Shown here: piece by piece, positions 11,401-24,020 of the stretch
Numbering within the stretch: the stretch's first letter is position 1
How the letters are laid out: every line of letters starts with the position of its first letter
NCBI GenBank assembly: GCA_026914245.1
Contig: CP110439.1
Location: 558,001 to 622,000 of the forward strand
Reading direction: 5' to 3'
DNA length: 64,000 bases
From: Puccinia triticina
Lineage: Eukaryota
The notes under the pieces: generated by a model
The model's database searches: none
Seen by the model: only the letters and a program-made list of their open reading frames with translations
What the model was told of the DNA's origin: nothing
Made by a program: the position numbers and the translations under genes

Positions 11401-13847
11401 AAGCAACGGGAGGAAACGACTTCATTTTGTTTGCGGGAGCATATCAATTGATGCTTGAGGAGATTGCTACAGGATGAGTCCGAGCAATGTTGAAACCACT
11501 TCGCTGCGAACAGCGCAGCGAAGCGGTAAGCGCAGCGGGTTTTGGGTGCACTGCGCTTCGCTTCAGCATAGCGGAAGCCCGCTACCGCTTTGCTTTCTGG
11601 CGGGCAGAAGGTATTTTTTGGTTTATTAGCGCGCTGATTTAGAGCTCGCAAAGCGGGAAGCGCGCTATGGATAGCGGCGGAAAGCGCGCTACCCGCTAAA
11701 TAAGCGGGTTTCATAGCGGAAAATACCGCTTTTTATTTCAAGCAGACAGAAAAGAAAATACTGGAAAACAAGCATATGGAGCAGAGGAGGGGAGAGGTTA
11801 CGTTTGGATAGCTTGAGACTTTCACACGGATTTCTTTGTGTATTTAGCAAACTTAGGGCTTTTCTTGGCTTGGTTGATAAGGTCTTGACAGTCGGCAAAG
11901 GCTCCACTGAGTTCAACCGAGTTCCTGAGCCACATGTGGCTGCTGATGCAGCGTTCAATTGTTCGAATCGCCAATGCCGTTTGACCAGTGGCGCAAACAC
12001 CGGCGGCAGCAGAAAAGGTCCGTTCCACACTGGCTGAGCTGGCTGCGCAAGCAAGGTAGTCCCTTGCCAAAGATCCCAATACAGGGTAATCTTTTTCGTG
12101 CACCTGGCACAGGGGAATGAGGCTGATCAGTAACAAATAACATGTAGAGAAATAGAAAATTGAAAAACTTACCTTCCACCAACCCAGCAATTCACCTTTT
12201 TATCCATAGGATGATCGCCGTTGTTGTACCTATCCATCTCAGTGTTGACTTCACTTGCCTCGGGATTGGTTGGGTAGTAGTTAAACTCCCCGCCATCGGA
12301 TTCGGAATCGGAAGTAGCATTGGTGTTGGGGTTGGATTGAGTTCGCTCGCAAGGAGGCGTTTGAGGTTTGAGAGATTCAAGAAGCTGGAGTTGATCGTCA
12401 AATGTATTGGTGACCAATTGTGTAATCCGGGAAGTTTCAGATGAGAAGCGGTTTGCAAACAGCATCATCCGCCATGCTGGATGAAGATAGGTGGCTAGGA
12501 TGACGGTATTGCAATTCAAGGCAAGGTTAATATACTTCTTGAGAATCTTGATCATGGGGTCAAACATTATCCTCAGCGGCGTCAAGAGATTCTTGACTTT
12601 CTTTCTTTCCATCGAGTCAAGTAATCGGACGTATTCATAAAGGACCATGGGCAGCTTGGGCCCATCGCCTTCGACTCGTTTTGTTATTTCAAGGAATTCC
12701 TGATCAGAAAGGTGGTCAGATGATTAAACAGCTTCCTCTTTCATGCGAGTACAAAGAAAAAAACTGACCTTTAAAACTTGGTTCAAGTTATTGACATGCT
12801 CCCACTTGTATTTATCCAACTCGTAGGACTTAAAGAAATGAGTGTTGGCAGATTTCCCAGCATGCAAGTCTGACTCGTTTTCCAAGAGTTGCTTGATCAC
12901 CTGTGGGGGAAGTCGAATCAGGCCGGAGGCGAGCCAAAAAAAAACATGACAAGAAAAAAACAACTAACCCGTCTGCCCTCATAAGCCCGCTGACAGCTGT
13001 TGTATGCGATGTTCCATTGTATTCCGTAGCCACCAATTAAACCACGGCCTTTATACTCAAGCTTTTTGGCCCAAAGCTTCCAATCAGCCTGCTTCTGAGG
13101 AGAGGAAGAGATTCGACGGCAGATGTAGTCCAGCTGTTTTGTGGTCAGATCAGATGTCAGCAAAATTTGGCACTGGACTCGGAGAAAGATTGGCTGGTGG
13201 TCAACTTACTTTTTTCAAAGTGAATGCAATTCCTGACTTTGCCTCCTCAATATCTTCGCCATCACTGTCCCACTCCCAGCCTGGCTCGCGTGATGCATCC
13301 TCTGCATCGTCAGGATTGATTTCTTCATTGTCAGTTAGATCCCCATGATTCGCAACGATGTCATCTGCGGCTCGGGTTTCATCGGCCTTGGCAATGGGAT
13401 TGAGGATTGGGAAGTTCTGGTCAGTCTTTTCTGGTCTGACCATGGCTTTGGAGATATTCAACGCTTTCAGTCTGGCACCCAAGATTAACACAATAACATG
13501 ACATATGCAGCGATGGTGGTTGTGGGAGACATCCCACATAGTCAAATCAAATGTTTGGAATTTCGCAGCGACTGCTTTTGCCATTGTGAAGTTGTTACTG
13601 CCAGAGTCAGTGGTCTGGGCAAGGACGTAAGGAGATGGAAAGGAAAAATGTATTAGCAGGTTGCGTGATGAGATGATGATGTTACAGTGATAATTAAAGT
13701 GAAAACTTATCTTAGAGTGGAGATCATGCTTAATCAGCACATCTGCGAACGGAGATGCCAGGTATTTACCGTTATGATGCCATGAAACATACTTGATGGC
13801 AAGATGTTCACATACATATGTCCAATCCTTGTTGATGTAGCAACAAG

Positions 13848-14201
13848 TGTTGAGCTAGTCCACATAGTGTCTTTATCTCTTTTCTTCCATTTCCGCTTCC
13901 GCGTCTGTATGCCACACACATGTCACGTTGTTGTTAGTCACCTTTCACATATCCTCATGTACACCTGAGACAGCGGGTGTGGAAGAACCTTTTCCTCATC
14001 CTTCCACACCCATTGCACACTCGACCCGCCTCGTGCCCGCTGTCATCAGGTATGTTCTGTTTCTTGTTTCTCTTTCCTTCTCACTGTCTCTCTCCTCATT
14101 TTATTCTTTGTATGATGATTTGTCTCACCCATGCAATTCACCATCCTTCCACACCCATCGCACACTCGACCCGCCTCGTGCCCGCTGTCATCAGCTTATC
14201 A
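13848..14201 (+). mobile_element. Solo LTR (354 bp)
   Basis: TGTTGAGCT...AGCTTATCA, TSD ACAAG. Removal restores the host reading GMACCYINKDW. Internal 53-bp direct repeat. Confidence 0.9.
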
Positions 14202-14633
14202 ACAAGCCATCCCGACAAAGGCCTTGTGGCTTCCTTTAGTCGTCCAAACGTTGGATACAAGAGAAATCTTTGATTCAGATGCCTGACCAAGAGTTCAACC
14301 AAAAAATGAGCTGTGATCGACTATGCTTGATCACAAGTACTTGAAAATATACCTTGATTAGCTTTAAAACCTGCTTTTGTTGTTCCAGGTAGAGGACATG
14401 GGCTTGCATAGCAACCCAGACACAAGAGTGGAGTTGCAAATTGTGAACGGTGTAATCGAAGCAAACTCGTAGAAGAAATTCTTCAACACGCAACCATGGG
14501 AGTGAATGCCAAACTAGCCAGATAGCTATCAACTTGTTCAGGGTATCGTTATTGTACCGACCTTTCAAAGTATAAGCAATGAGGTTTCCGGTGGATGGCT
14601 CCTTCTCTTTTGCCTCAGTGGAAGCAAGGTCGG

Positions 14634-15522
14634 TGTGGTGATTTATATTGGCGAGCGCGGTAGAATGTCCACGCGGGGATAGCGCGGGCGGGGAATGCAC
14701 AAAGCCGCTCAGGCAGAGTGCATTCCGGTGACATAAGCACTGAGGATGAGGTCAGGAAAGCACGCTAGGAAAGCTTACGGAAAGTCACGCGCGGATTGGA
14801 ATGCACGGATTGCGGATTGCGGATTGCGGATTTCGGATTGGGTATTTGGATCGGAGACGAAAAGACAGGGCTGGACTGCGGCGGGACTACACACGTGGAC
14901 TGGTAGCAGCGGCGCGTCAGCGGGTGAGCCATGACAGCCAGAGCGGGTTCCACCAGCGGGTGGAACCGGGGTGAAGGCGGTGGCGAGAGAACGACTGACG
15001 GGGGCTAGACAGAGGACGGTGGGAGGACAGGCGTCGGAGAGGAGCGGAGTCTGGGAGAGTGACGAGCGGGATAGCGGGCGGAGCTGGAGGACTAGTGCGG
15101 GAAAGTGTCAGGTGTGCGGGATCGGGTGGGAACATTGACATGCGTGGAAGGAAGGACGGGGGTGGCTCAGGGTTTTCTCTCTCTCTTTTCGGGATCCGAT
15201 TATCTTGATCCTATCGAATTATTACGGATTTCACTCATCATTGTACTTACAACTACAGACGTACAAGAGTTATTGGGAGATTATCTGTGTTCTTATTCTT
15301 ATTGGAGAGTTACTGCGGATTCTTGCGCTTACAAAGTGCAGAGCTTTATTCACTTGCAGATTATTACGCTATAGATCAGGCTCAGTAGAGGAGCGCTGAA
15401 GGCTAGCGGAAAGTAGCAGTGCGGAGCCGAGTTACCAACAATCACACAGCCCGGACATCAATATTCTTGAAGAAGGCGGTCAGCGGACATTCTTCACCAG
15501 CCAACCAGCTTTCTTTCTCACA
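14634..15522. mobile_element. Probable solo LTR (889 bp)
   Basis: TG...CA ends, apparent 4-bp TSD TCGG/TTGG. Removal restores PPSAADLASTEAK. Confidence 0.75.
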
Positions 15523-16961
15523 TTGGCAGCTGAAGGGGGAAGCATGCATTTAGCTTTGATTGCTTTTGAACGACCAGGGCATGCAGGTCGGAAAGATCCT
15601 TTGTAGAATGAACCGTCGCGATGGCTCTTCAAATTATAGTTTGATTGGCTGGTGGCTTTGAACACATTGGGGCACCAACAACACAAATATGCATTTGGGC
15701 TCAAGTCCTGTGATTGTAAAATTTGAATACAAGTCTATTTTCAGGAAGACTAAAGGAGAGATTGGGGAAACAAGTCTAACCTTGTTCGGAGGCTCTCCAG
15801 GTCCATAGAAGTATAAAAGAGGATGATCAAAACCGTCTCTGTCTTTGGTCTTGTCCTTACGCTTTTTATTGGTGACTTGTTTGTTGTCGTCATCTGAGTC
15901 CTGTGATAGATTAACATCAACGTTCTTGCCGGTGCGTTTGGAATGTTGTTTCAAACCCAACTGATTCAAAAAGGAGTAAGCAGATGATCAGATCAGACAC
16001 CAGACTAAGAGGAAAATTGAGAGAAAGAAACGGGATCCAAACTGACTTTGCAGGTGTTTCCTGCGTGTATTATGCCAATCGAGGCATCCAACGAATCATC
16101 AATTTCTTCTTCTTCTTCCACAGAAACAATTTTCGTGGCGGCAGTTTTTTTGCGGGCTGGCTTTGGTGCTGGAACATTAATGAGAGCACGCCGAGAGTTG
16201 CTTTGGGTAGCTACAAATCCAGGCTCCCGGCGGGTGGATTGAGGGACATCGGTAGGATCATCAATAATATTAGGAGGGGTCTGCGGGACTTCTTTGATGG
16301 ATTCTTCAGGATTGGCCATTTTGGGCAAAAAATAAAAAAAGGGGGGGGGTGAGTCGACTGAAGACCCGTAGGTATACATGTGTACTACATCCCATTACTA
16401 GTACTTATATGGGCATGCTTGGGGCCAGTTTGTGGTTGGCGCAGGGGCCAAAGTGGGGCCTAGTGTGCTGCGCTTAGCTTCTTTGCAGCGCCCTTTGGGG
16501 CGAAAAGTGCCAAAGCGCGGTATTCAGCGGGTTTTTGCCACTAACGCGCTGCGCTGCGCTTTTTTGCAGCGCTAGCGCACATTTTGCACTTCACTTTCAC
16601 TTTCCATGCCGCCGAAAAAGCGCGGCCCGCTATGTGAAGCGGTAGCGCAGCGGAACTGCGCTTGCGCTACCTATTTTTGGTCTGGCTAGGAAGCACAGCA
16701 CCGCTGCGCTTCGCTAAAACTGCGCTTCCTGCAGCGAAGCGCAGCGGTTACAACGTTGGTCCAAGGTCAAACAATTTATCTTGATTCCACACCTGGATAC
16801 AAATAAGTGTTTATATTAGCTAGTTACAATATCAGCAATATCATGGATGAGTGAAATAAGGCTTACAATTTGCAAGGGTAAGTGATCATGAGCCTGCCGT
16901 GTCTGTCTTTTTGAGTGGAAAGCTCCGGTGGGTGGTATGACTGGTAGCTCGAACTGAAGCC

Positions 16962-17637
16962 TAAAGAACCTAGATTTGATTGCTAAAGACACAAGACCAG
17001 AAGACTGAACAACAAAGAGGTTAGAAGAGATATAGAAAAAAGAAGAGATGAAATAACAGCATACCCAAGATTGATTTGAAGTAGACAAGTAGACAACCAG
17101 ATAGAAAAAAAGAGGACAGGAGAACAAAGAGACAAGGGACTGAAGAAGAAGTGTTAGTGATTGACTGACGACCAAGGAGATGAGCTCCGAGAGAGAGAGA
17201 GCTTTGAGTTCATTTCTCACCAAGTTGAACACGAGTCAGTTGTTGTTGAAAGTTGGCCGTTGATTGACCGCAAGACAGATTAGTAGGTCGACAATGATTG
17301 ACCGCAAGGACTTGGAGAGTTTATTGGCGAAGTGGAGGAGAGGATGATGAGAAGGAAGATTGGAAGAAAGGGACGGAAGGAGTAGTGATGGAGTGGATGA
17401 TGATTATGGTTTTGAGATTGAGGATTGGATGAGAGAGTGGGGAAAAAGAGGGAAGAGTCGAGATGAGTGAGCGGTTGAGTGATCGGAGGAGTTAGGTTTT
17501 CATTGATGATAATGGTTTTTGGGGCTTGAGATTTGGAGGGCTTGAGGTCTTGAGGGCTTGAGGTCTTGAGGGCTTGAGGTCTTGAGAGCTCAAGGGCTCA
17601 AGATCCGCAGCTGTTCTAGCACTGACGAGATTCAACA
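16962..17637 (-). mobile_element. Solo LTR (676 bp, TG...TA)
   Basis: TGTTGAA...TTCTTTA on the minus strand, TSD AAGCC. Removal restores KIAKAGFSSSYQSYHPPELS. Contains three 16-bp tandem repeats near 17537-17585. Confidence 0.85.
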
Positions 17638-18655
17638 AAGCCGGCTTTGGCTATTTTTTGTGCTCTTACTATAGAAAATTTGGGGTCAGGAAAATGATGG
17701 AAACCACAAACAAGAGCAAAACTGACCTAGCTCCTCCTCATTGGTCAATGCTCTGGCCGGAGTTGAATCTGCTGCTCTAGAATCTTGACTGCCCTGTTCT
17801 TCGGGGGGATTATCTGCGGGCGAAGATGTGCGATTGGATTGGGTTCTGAGTTGGTTGCGGGAGCAAGGCATCGTGGTTGGCTCCGAAGAGGGATGCAAGA
17901 CCTGGATATCCTGATGGCGAGCAGATATCAACCTGAGACTGGAGCCCCGACGGGGTGTACTGCGGCAGGAGCCCTGACCCAAGCCCCGCCCCACCTCGGT
18001 GAGCTGGGGCGGTACCTGGATGGGTACCCGGGTGCCGCACCCGTTTAGCCCAAAAAACAGGCACCCATACCCGTACACGGCACTCACGGGAGGGTGCGGG
18101 GCGGGTGCGGGCGGTACCCGCCTACGGGTGGCCGGTACCGGCCGCGGGTATGCAGAGACATTCATTACCAGGGTGGGAGGACTCTTTGGATCTTGTGGGT
18201 ATGGTATGGCACCTATTATCATATTCATCCTTCTGAAAGCACGTTCATGATCACCTTTCAAGTAGAAAGAAGAAGAAAAATGAGATGGTCAACTTTTCTA
18301 TTGGAAGTGGTTGCCATCATGAGGAGTAGTTCAGATGGTCTGTTCATGGCTGACCAGTTCCCCCCTATTCCTAGGCCAAGATCAGCCTGCTTGCCCTGCT
18401 CAACTTGATCAAGAAGGAGCGCTTTTATCAGGCCACTGTGGACCTTCTTCGGCCCATGGGCCATCTTTCTAGGGCCTCATCTGATCAGATGCTCAGCACC
18501 TCAAAATTGGCTTGGGAATCATTACCACTGCTGGTTACCCACACTGTGCAGATCTGGGCCTGTGTGTGCAGCCAGGGTGTCACTGGTACAATCAGTCACC
18601 AAGCACATGTTGTACTAACTTATCTAAGTCCATTCTCCTTTTGTGGCAAGAAAGG

Positions 18656-19074
18656 CAGCGGTGGGCAGATACGTTATCCAGAATTCCGCATTTTTTTGTT
18701 GTAAATTCAAATTTTGCACACAACGGTTCAACTTATCAGCAAGATTTAAACATCAGGGCTGTGTATTCCCAGTATCTTTAATTTGCGCAAAAAAAATCCC
18801 ATGATTGTTGAGTAATTTTCTTTCAATCACTGATTATACACCAAATTTTCAGTTATCTGTAACTTAGTTACAGATAACGGAAAATTTGTTGTGTAATTGA
18901 TGATTAGAAGAAAATTAATCAGTAAACATGGAATGTTTTTTTTGAAAATGAAAGATACTGGGAATACAAAGCCCTAATGTTTAACTCTTGCTGATAAGTT
19001 GAACCGTTGTGTGCAAAATTTGAATTTACAACAAAAAAATGCGGAATTCTGGATAACGTATCTGCCCACCGCTG
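18656..19074. mobile_element. Palindromic MITE (419 bp), 7-bp TSD
   Basis: Terminus CAGCGGTGGG, near-perfect IR over more than 120 bp, TSD AGAAAGG. Confidence 0.92.
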
Positions 19075-19887
19075 AGAAAGGGAACCTTGTTGAGGTGTGA
19101 CGCACAGACCTCAACTGTAGGGAGGAGGGACTTACGCCCAAGCCGCAGTGTCTTGCGTGTGAGGATCTTGGCGTTTTTTTTCCCCTGCTGCAAAGTTCAG
19201 ATTAATCTCAGCCAGATATAACCCATCACGTCCCCATATGTAGACATCCCCTAAATTAAAAAAGGCTGGCTTACCCTTCTTTTATTTGGAAAAAAGAGAC
19301 ATTTGCAGGAAAAAAATAACAATAAAAAGTCAACACTAATGGGGAATGAGAGCATGTCCAAAGAAAGGAAAAAGAAATCTGAACAGAGGGATCAATGCAC
19401 AATCAAGCAGCGCTAGTCATTTGAAAAATTTCTGCTGGCATTGTGAGGGATGAAATTTAAAATGAAGAAAAAGAAAAAGTTACACCTCAAACATTGATTC
19501 TCACTTGCAAGCTCTGTTGTCTTGGGTATAAGCCTTGCATGCACTTTGTGCATGGGTCTCACCAGCAAGTGCTCACAAGGCTTTATCTTGTGTGGAAGTC
19601 TTACTCGCACACGGCTGTTGGAGTTGAATGCAGCCTGTCAGGGTGAACACTACAAAAAAAATCTTGTTGGAACTTGCCTGTTTCAATGCAATCATGAGTA
19701 TCCTTTTGATGGCCTGGAGCAATGGTCATTGGCCAACACAAGAGATGGATTGTATATTTTATTGTATTTCTCTGTGAATACTGTTGAGTTGTCTGTTAGT
19801 CTGCTACCATGATGTATCACCACATTATGGAGGGCTTTCAGATTGATCCATGAGCACTACCAACCAACCACCCTGCTGGCAGCCACA

Positions 19888-19974
19888 AGCGTCTGTAGCC
19901 TAGTTGGTAAAGGCAGCACTCTAGTATGTGTCTCAGCATAGCTGAGGTTGTGAGTTTGACTCTCCCCAGACACA
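19888..19974 (+). pseudogene. Degenerate tRNA-like sequence
   Basis: Acceptor GCGTCTG/CAGACAC, D-arm GCCT-AGTTGGTAA-AGGC, extra arm TCAGC/GCTGA, T-loop TTTGACT (decayed TTCGA). Anticodon stem pairs poorly. Confidence 0.6.
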
Positions 19975-20291
19975 TCTTCATTTTACAGTCTCCACAAATA
20001 CAGACTGGCTTGATGTATTTGTATCACATTGGACATTTTTGTATTGGCCAGTCCAATCCACAAGATCAGATGTGTTGGTGAGTGCAATTCAGAGTGCAGA
20101 AAATTAAGTGCATTGCATTCATGAGTGAAGAATCCAATCCAAATACACTTTATATGTACTGCAACTGTAAAACACCCACAAAGCGGGTTTCACAAGCCTT
20201 TCACGGACCCCATCCAACGAGCCCATATGCAGCTCCTCTTGAACAAGTGAAAAGAAAGGTCCTAGTGAAGTGGCTGTTGGACCCACAACCT

Positions 20292-20363
20292 TGTGTACTT
20301 TGAGAGTCAAGCTCACATACTCAGCATTCAAGAGTGATGCTCTAACCATTGAGCTAAGTACAC
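20292..20363 (-). pseudogene. Degenerate tRNA-like sequence
   Basis: Acceptor GTGTACT/AGTACAC, TAGCTCAATGGTTAGAGC D-arm, T-arm GTGAG-CTTGACT-CTCA. Anticodon not assignable. Confidence 0.6.
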
Positions 20364-20370
20364 ATTGCTA

Positions 20371-20654
20371 TGTTGCAGTTGAATACAGTAGATGTATGCT
20401 TATGATGGGGTGTGATGTTGCCTCCAATGATGATTGGATGTGTAATTAACAATGTGTTAAGCAGTGCTAGATTGACACTTCAACAGCTTCCCCTCCTCTA
20501 TCCTAGCTCAGCAGAGAACCTGACTGATTTCTTCTCTCCGCTGAGCTAGGTAAGCCTTCTTTCTATTTTGTTCTCTCTTTCCTTTTTCACCTCACAGATT
20601 GTAGATAGGGGAGAACCCAACTGATTTCTTCTCTCTGCTGAGCTAGTTGCAATA
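20371..20654 (+). mobile_element. LTR-like relic (TGTTGCA...TGCAATA)
   Basis: Inverted termini and an internal 36-bp direct repeat around a GTAAGC donor. No TSD found, so boundaries are tentative. Confidence 0.55.
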
Positions 20655-21573
20655 AAGTTTCCCCTATGTGGGCATCAGAATCCTCAAGACTGCTGTCTCC
20701 CTCTGAGTGCAAGGACCTAGTCTAGTGAAGAGCTCTCCACTCTTACAGCAGCACAATCTAATACAAGCCACATATGAACAATACATGACTCATATTTTGA
20801 ACTGTTTCCAGGAGCACCTGCACATTTTAACACAATTCCCTCCTGTGCTTGTGGCAAGCACCCCCCCCCCCCCCCCCAAGTAGAGAGGGACGTCTCCAAA
20901 GGAGAGGCTTAGTTAAGCTTGAAAATATCCTTGGAAAGGCTTAGTTAAGCTCAGAAATATGATAGCAAGAGCAGGGAAAAGTTCTAAAATCAAGCCACAT
21001 TTTGCATCATCATTTTTCAAAACACTTTAACATAATGACAAATTAACAACCATTCATGATTTCTTGGGCTCTTTCTCTTGCCTTTTTTCTGATGCACTAC
21101 TCTTTCCCCTGAATGATGTGTTTAGATTTTTCTGGCACCAGCAGTGCCCTAAAGCTGCAGCATAATGTCTGTATTAATTGGATGCTGAGAGCTCTATGGA
21201 TTGCACAACATTGCAAAAACAGATTTTCCTCATCAATTATTTCCAGTTGCCACAGAGTGGTTTTATTTGGGGGCCATCTCCAGCACAATAGTCCCAATCT
21301 TACAACTAACATCTGTCAGAAGCATCTCCCTCAGGGGGAAAATTTTTGATGGTGTTACACCACTTGCTTGATTTGAGGATTGTTGATGATCAATTTTGGT
21401 CTTTGAGTCAATTGGGGAGAATCTCCCTTGCAATTTCCCATGGTTTTGGGTTGAAGCTTTGAGGTCAGCATTGGGCATGCCGAGTGGCTTGCTTGCACTT
21501 GCAGTCTTGTGACTGCCTTTCTTTGTTTTTGGGGGTAGTGTTAATTTGATACTTTGCACTAATATACTATATA

Positions 21574-21945
21574 CAACGGTGAAACAGATACTATACAATA
21601 CAGTATCTTCAGATACTTGTTTATTGTATCTGTTGAAAAATACAAAATTGTAAATACAAATGTATTGTATCTGCCTGAAGATACAATACCATAGTATTGT
21701 ATCAATAAATTATTAAAACTTGATTTTCTTGTTTTTGGCCACTGTGGACTGTATACAGAAAAACAATCAAAAAACGTAAAAATACAGTATCTTGTATTGG
21801 GCTGTATTTGCAACAAGATACCAAAGTTTGAATACATTTGTATAGTATTGGTCTTTGAATACAATACAAATAAATAGTATTGGGTGCAAAACAGATACAA
21901 ATACAGGCAGATACAGATACATGTATTGTATTTGTTTCACCGTTG
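21574..21945. mobile_element. MITE (372 bp)
   Basis: TIR CAACGGTGAAACA, flanks CTATATA/CTATATT (6 of 7), many RATAC/GTATY subterminal repeats. Confidence 0.85.
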
Positions 21946-23282
21946 CTATATTATATATTTGACCAATTATAAAAGAATGACATGATATTGATGTGAAGAA
22001 AATTGTGTATCAAAATTAACCTATGTAAGTAAAAGTGCCAGTAGCACTAGAATAAGAGATCAAGCAGACAGGCAAGAATGAAAATTATAGGAAGGAAAAG
22101 AGACCACACAAAAGACTGGCTCAAGCATTCCATCAACTTTGCTTGAGGCTTTGGTTTTTGTGTTTTATCACATGATTACAACCTCAGGTACCTTTCACAA
22201 ACTTAACAAAAAGTAGACTTATTGGTTTGAATGTATTCTTTGGAGATGGCACTTCACACCTGGGTACCTGTGGCAGGGTGTGGGTACTTGCCTAACAACT
22301 ATTTTCATCTTTGGTAAAGTGCATTACATGACTTACTAGATGTCTCCCTTTTTTTTAGTAATTCCAGTACATTAGGGGGGTTCACAATAGGATAAAAATA
22401 AAATTTCATAGTCAATTTAAGGCCTTTATCAATGACTTTTTAAAAACAGACTTCCTTTGTGCACTGCGGAAAACTCTTTGCACACTGTGCAGTGCGGAAA
22501 TTCCCAAACACTTTGCTCACTGTGGGTGAAGGAATCAAATTTTTCAAGATTCTTTTTGACAAATCAATAGAAAGGCCTTTGATTTCTCTCTGTGCATTTT
22601 TTAGGAGTTTTTTGGAGCTTCCTTGTATTAAGAAACAAAGCAAGTACAGTGGGTCATCTAATGTTTTTGGCACTGCATTTTTAATTGCAGAAGCTCAGCC
22701 AAGAGACCTGAAGTCATGGAATTGGCTACAGGGGTGGGAAATAAGTTCCTAAGAATGATTATGACAGAAAAAAAAATGAAAATGAAAAATATGAAAAGTG
22801 TGGAAATTTTCCAATTTTGTCCAAATTTCTCAGAATCTTTATCCCACTTTCTTAAATCCACACAATCCTAGACCTCTGGATCTAAGTTTTGGGGTGTTTT
22901 TTTTACAAAGTTACAACAAAAAAATAGCACACACAACAGTTAAAAAAAGGCAAAAGTTGAAAATCCCCAAAGGCCCAAAGTGGATGACCCTCCAGCTGTG
23001 CTGTAGCAACGAGATAAAGTGGGCCGGTTGTTAAAGGTGTCCAGGGAGGGCCTAACCAAGCGGTTAGGGGGCTCCCAGGGAGGGCGTAGGACGAAACCGG
23101 ATCCCCTGGGGCATCAATCTGATGGAACTGCCATCCTTTAAATAGGCCATCCGGAGGTTTTGCCACTGCCCATCGTACAACTCGTCCCCACCGCCTTGTT
23201 TGTTACTGCTTGCCACTGCAGTGCAACCATCACCACACCTACGCTGGCAACCTTCTCCAACTGCCCAATCAAGTCAAGCTTA

Positions 23283-24020
23283 ACCCACACAAGCAAGAAA
23301 AGCTGTACAAGCTATTTGACTGGCCATCCTTCAACAATCAAATCGTTGTCCTCCTCCTCCTACTTGTCATCGCCACCCCTAGGCCAGTTTGGATCTGGCT
23401 CTTGGAGCTTCTTTGGGTGGCCTCTGCTTGTCTGATCTCTTGGCAAATCATCCAGGGCCTTGCCTTCTCCACAAACAGGCAGAAATCTTTCACAAGGACA
23501 TCAAGCTCAAAAACATCCTGGTCCAGAAGGGCCAGATTAAGATATGCAACTTTGGCCTGGCCACCTACCCGTCCCCCGTCTGGCCCATTGACAGTTTTCG
23601 ATCCGCCAGGGGCTAAGCAGCCTCCACCTGAAACCAAGACCTTTCTCTGCAAAAGACCTTCAGCGCTCTGCTGCGGATCAACAAGGGCCAAATCTCAGGT
23701 GCAGTCGACTCGAGGTCGATGACCTGGAGTCTCCTCTCACCACACTCGTTCTTGACTGCCCCCAAAACTCCATCTTCGCATCCAAGCCCGTCGAGGAAGA
23801 CAACTGTGATGACGAGCTCAGCAGTCAAGCGGAAGAGGAGCTGCTCTGCTCGCTCAACATGTGCCCAACCGCCGCGGGCTCGTTAGCGTACATGCCACCG
23901 GAGATCCCTCTGGCGTGTCCTTCCCTGAAAATATGGGCGCTAGGCTGCTGGAGGTTCATTTGCCTTTCAAGGACAAGGCCCAGCTGCGGCTCAAGATCAT
24001 GAACGGTCAGTTTGAGTTCC
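23283..24020 (+). pseudogene. Ser/Thr protein kinase fragments
   Basis: HKDIKLKNIL and KICNFGLA (decayed HRD/DFG), AGSLAYMPPEI, LPF...LRLKIMNGQF, spread over different frames. Confidence 0.8.

Larger units (their letters stand above)
11822..16319 (-). pseudogene. hAT B transposase, multi-exon, interrupted by two solo LTRs
   Basis: CCWC...NYNLKSH finger, VWTTKGS, QTTDSGSNN, RCICHV, YLHPAWR, LARDYLACAASSASVERTFS. Confidence 0.88.
11485..16758 (-). mobile_element. hAT DNA transposon B nested in hAT A, with a 7-bp TSD
   Basis: Imperfect TIR CAAYGTTGWAACCRCT, TSD GTCCGAG/GTCCAAG, AGCG/CGCT-rich subtermini. Removing it restores the host frame INCLTSDSSCSNL. Confidence 0.9.
8944..17871 (-). pseudogene. 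hAT A transposase, multi-exon, interrupted and frameshifted
   Basis: BED-like finger (YPCK..C...SCSNLLKH), DAWQSP, SDNAKNN, CFAHILNL, C-terminal dimerisation motif ALDVLSCP/ATSVDVERSFS. Confidence 0.88.
8673..18167 (-). mobile_element. hAT DNA transposon A (degenerate, host of nested insertions)
   Basis: 16-bp TIR TAATGAATGTCTCTGC, 8-bp TSD CCAGGGTG (8665-8672, 18168-18175), GC-rich subterminal repeats. Confidence 0.93.
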
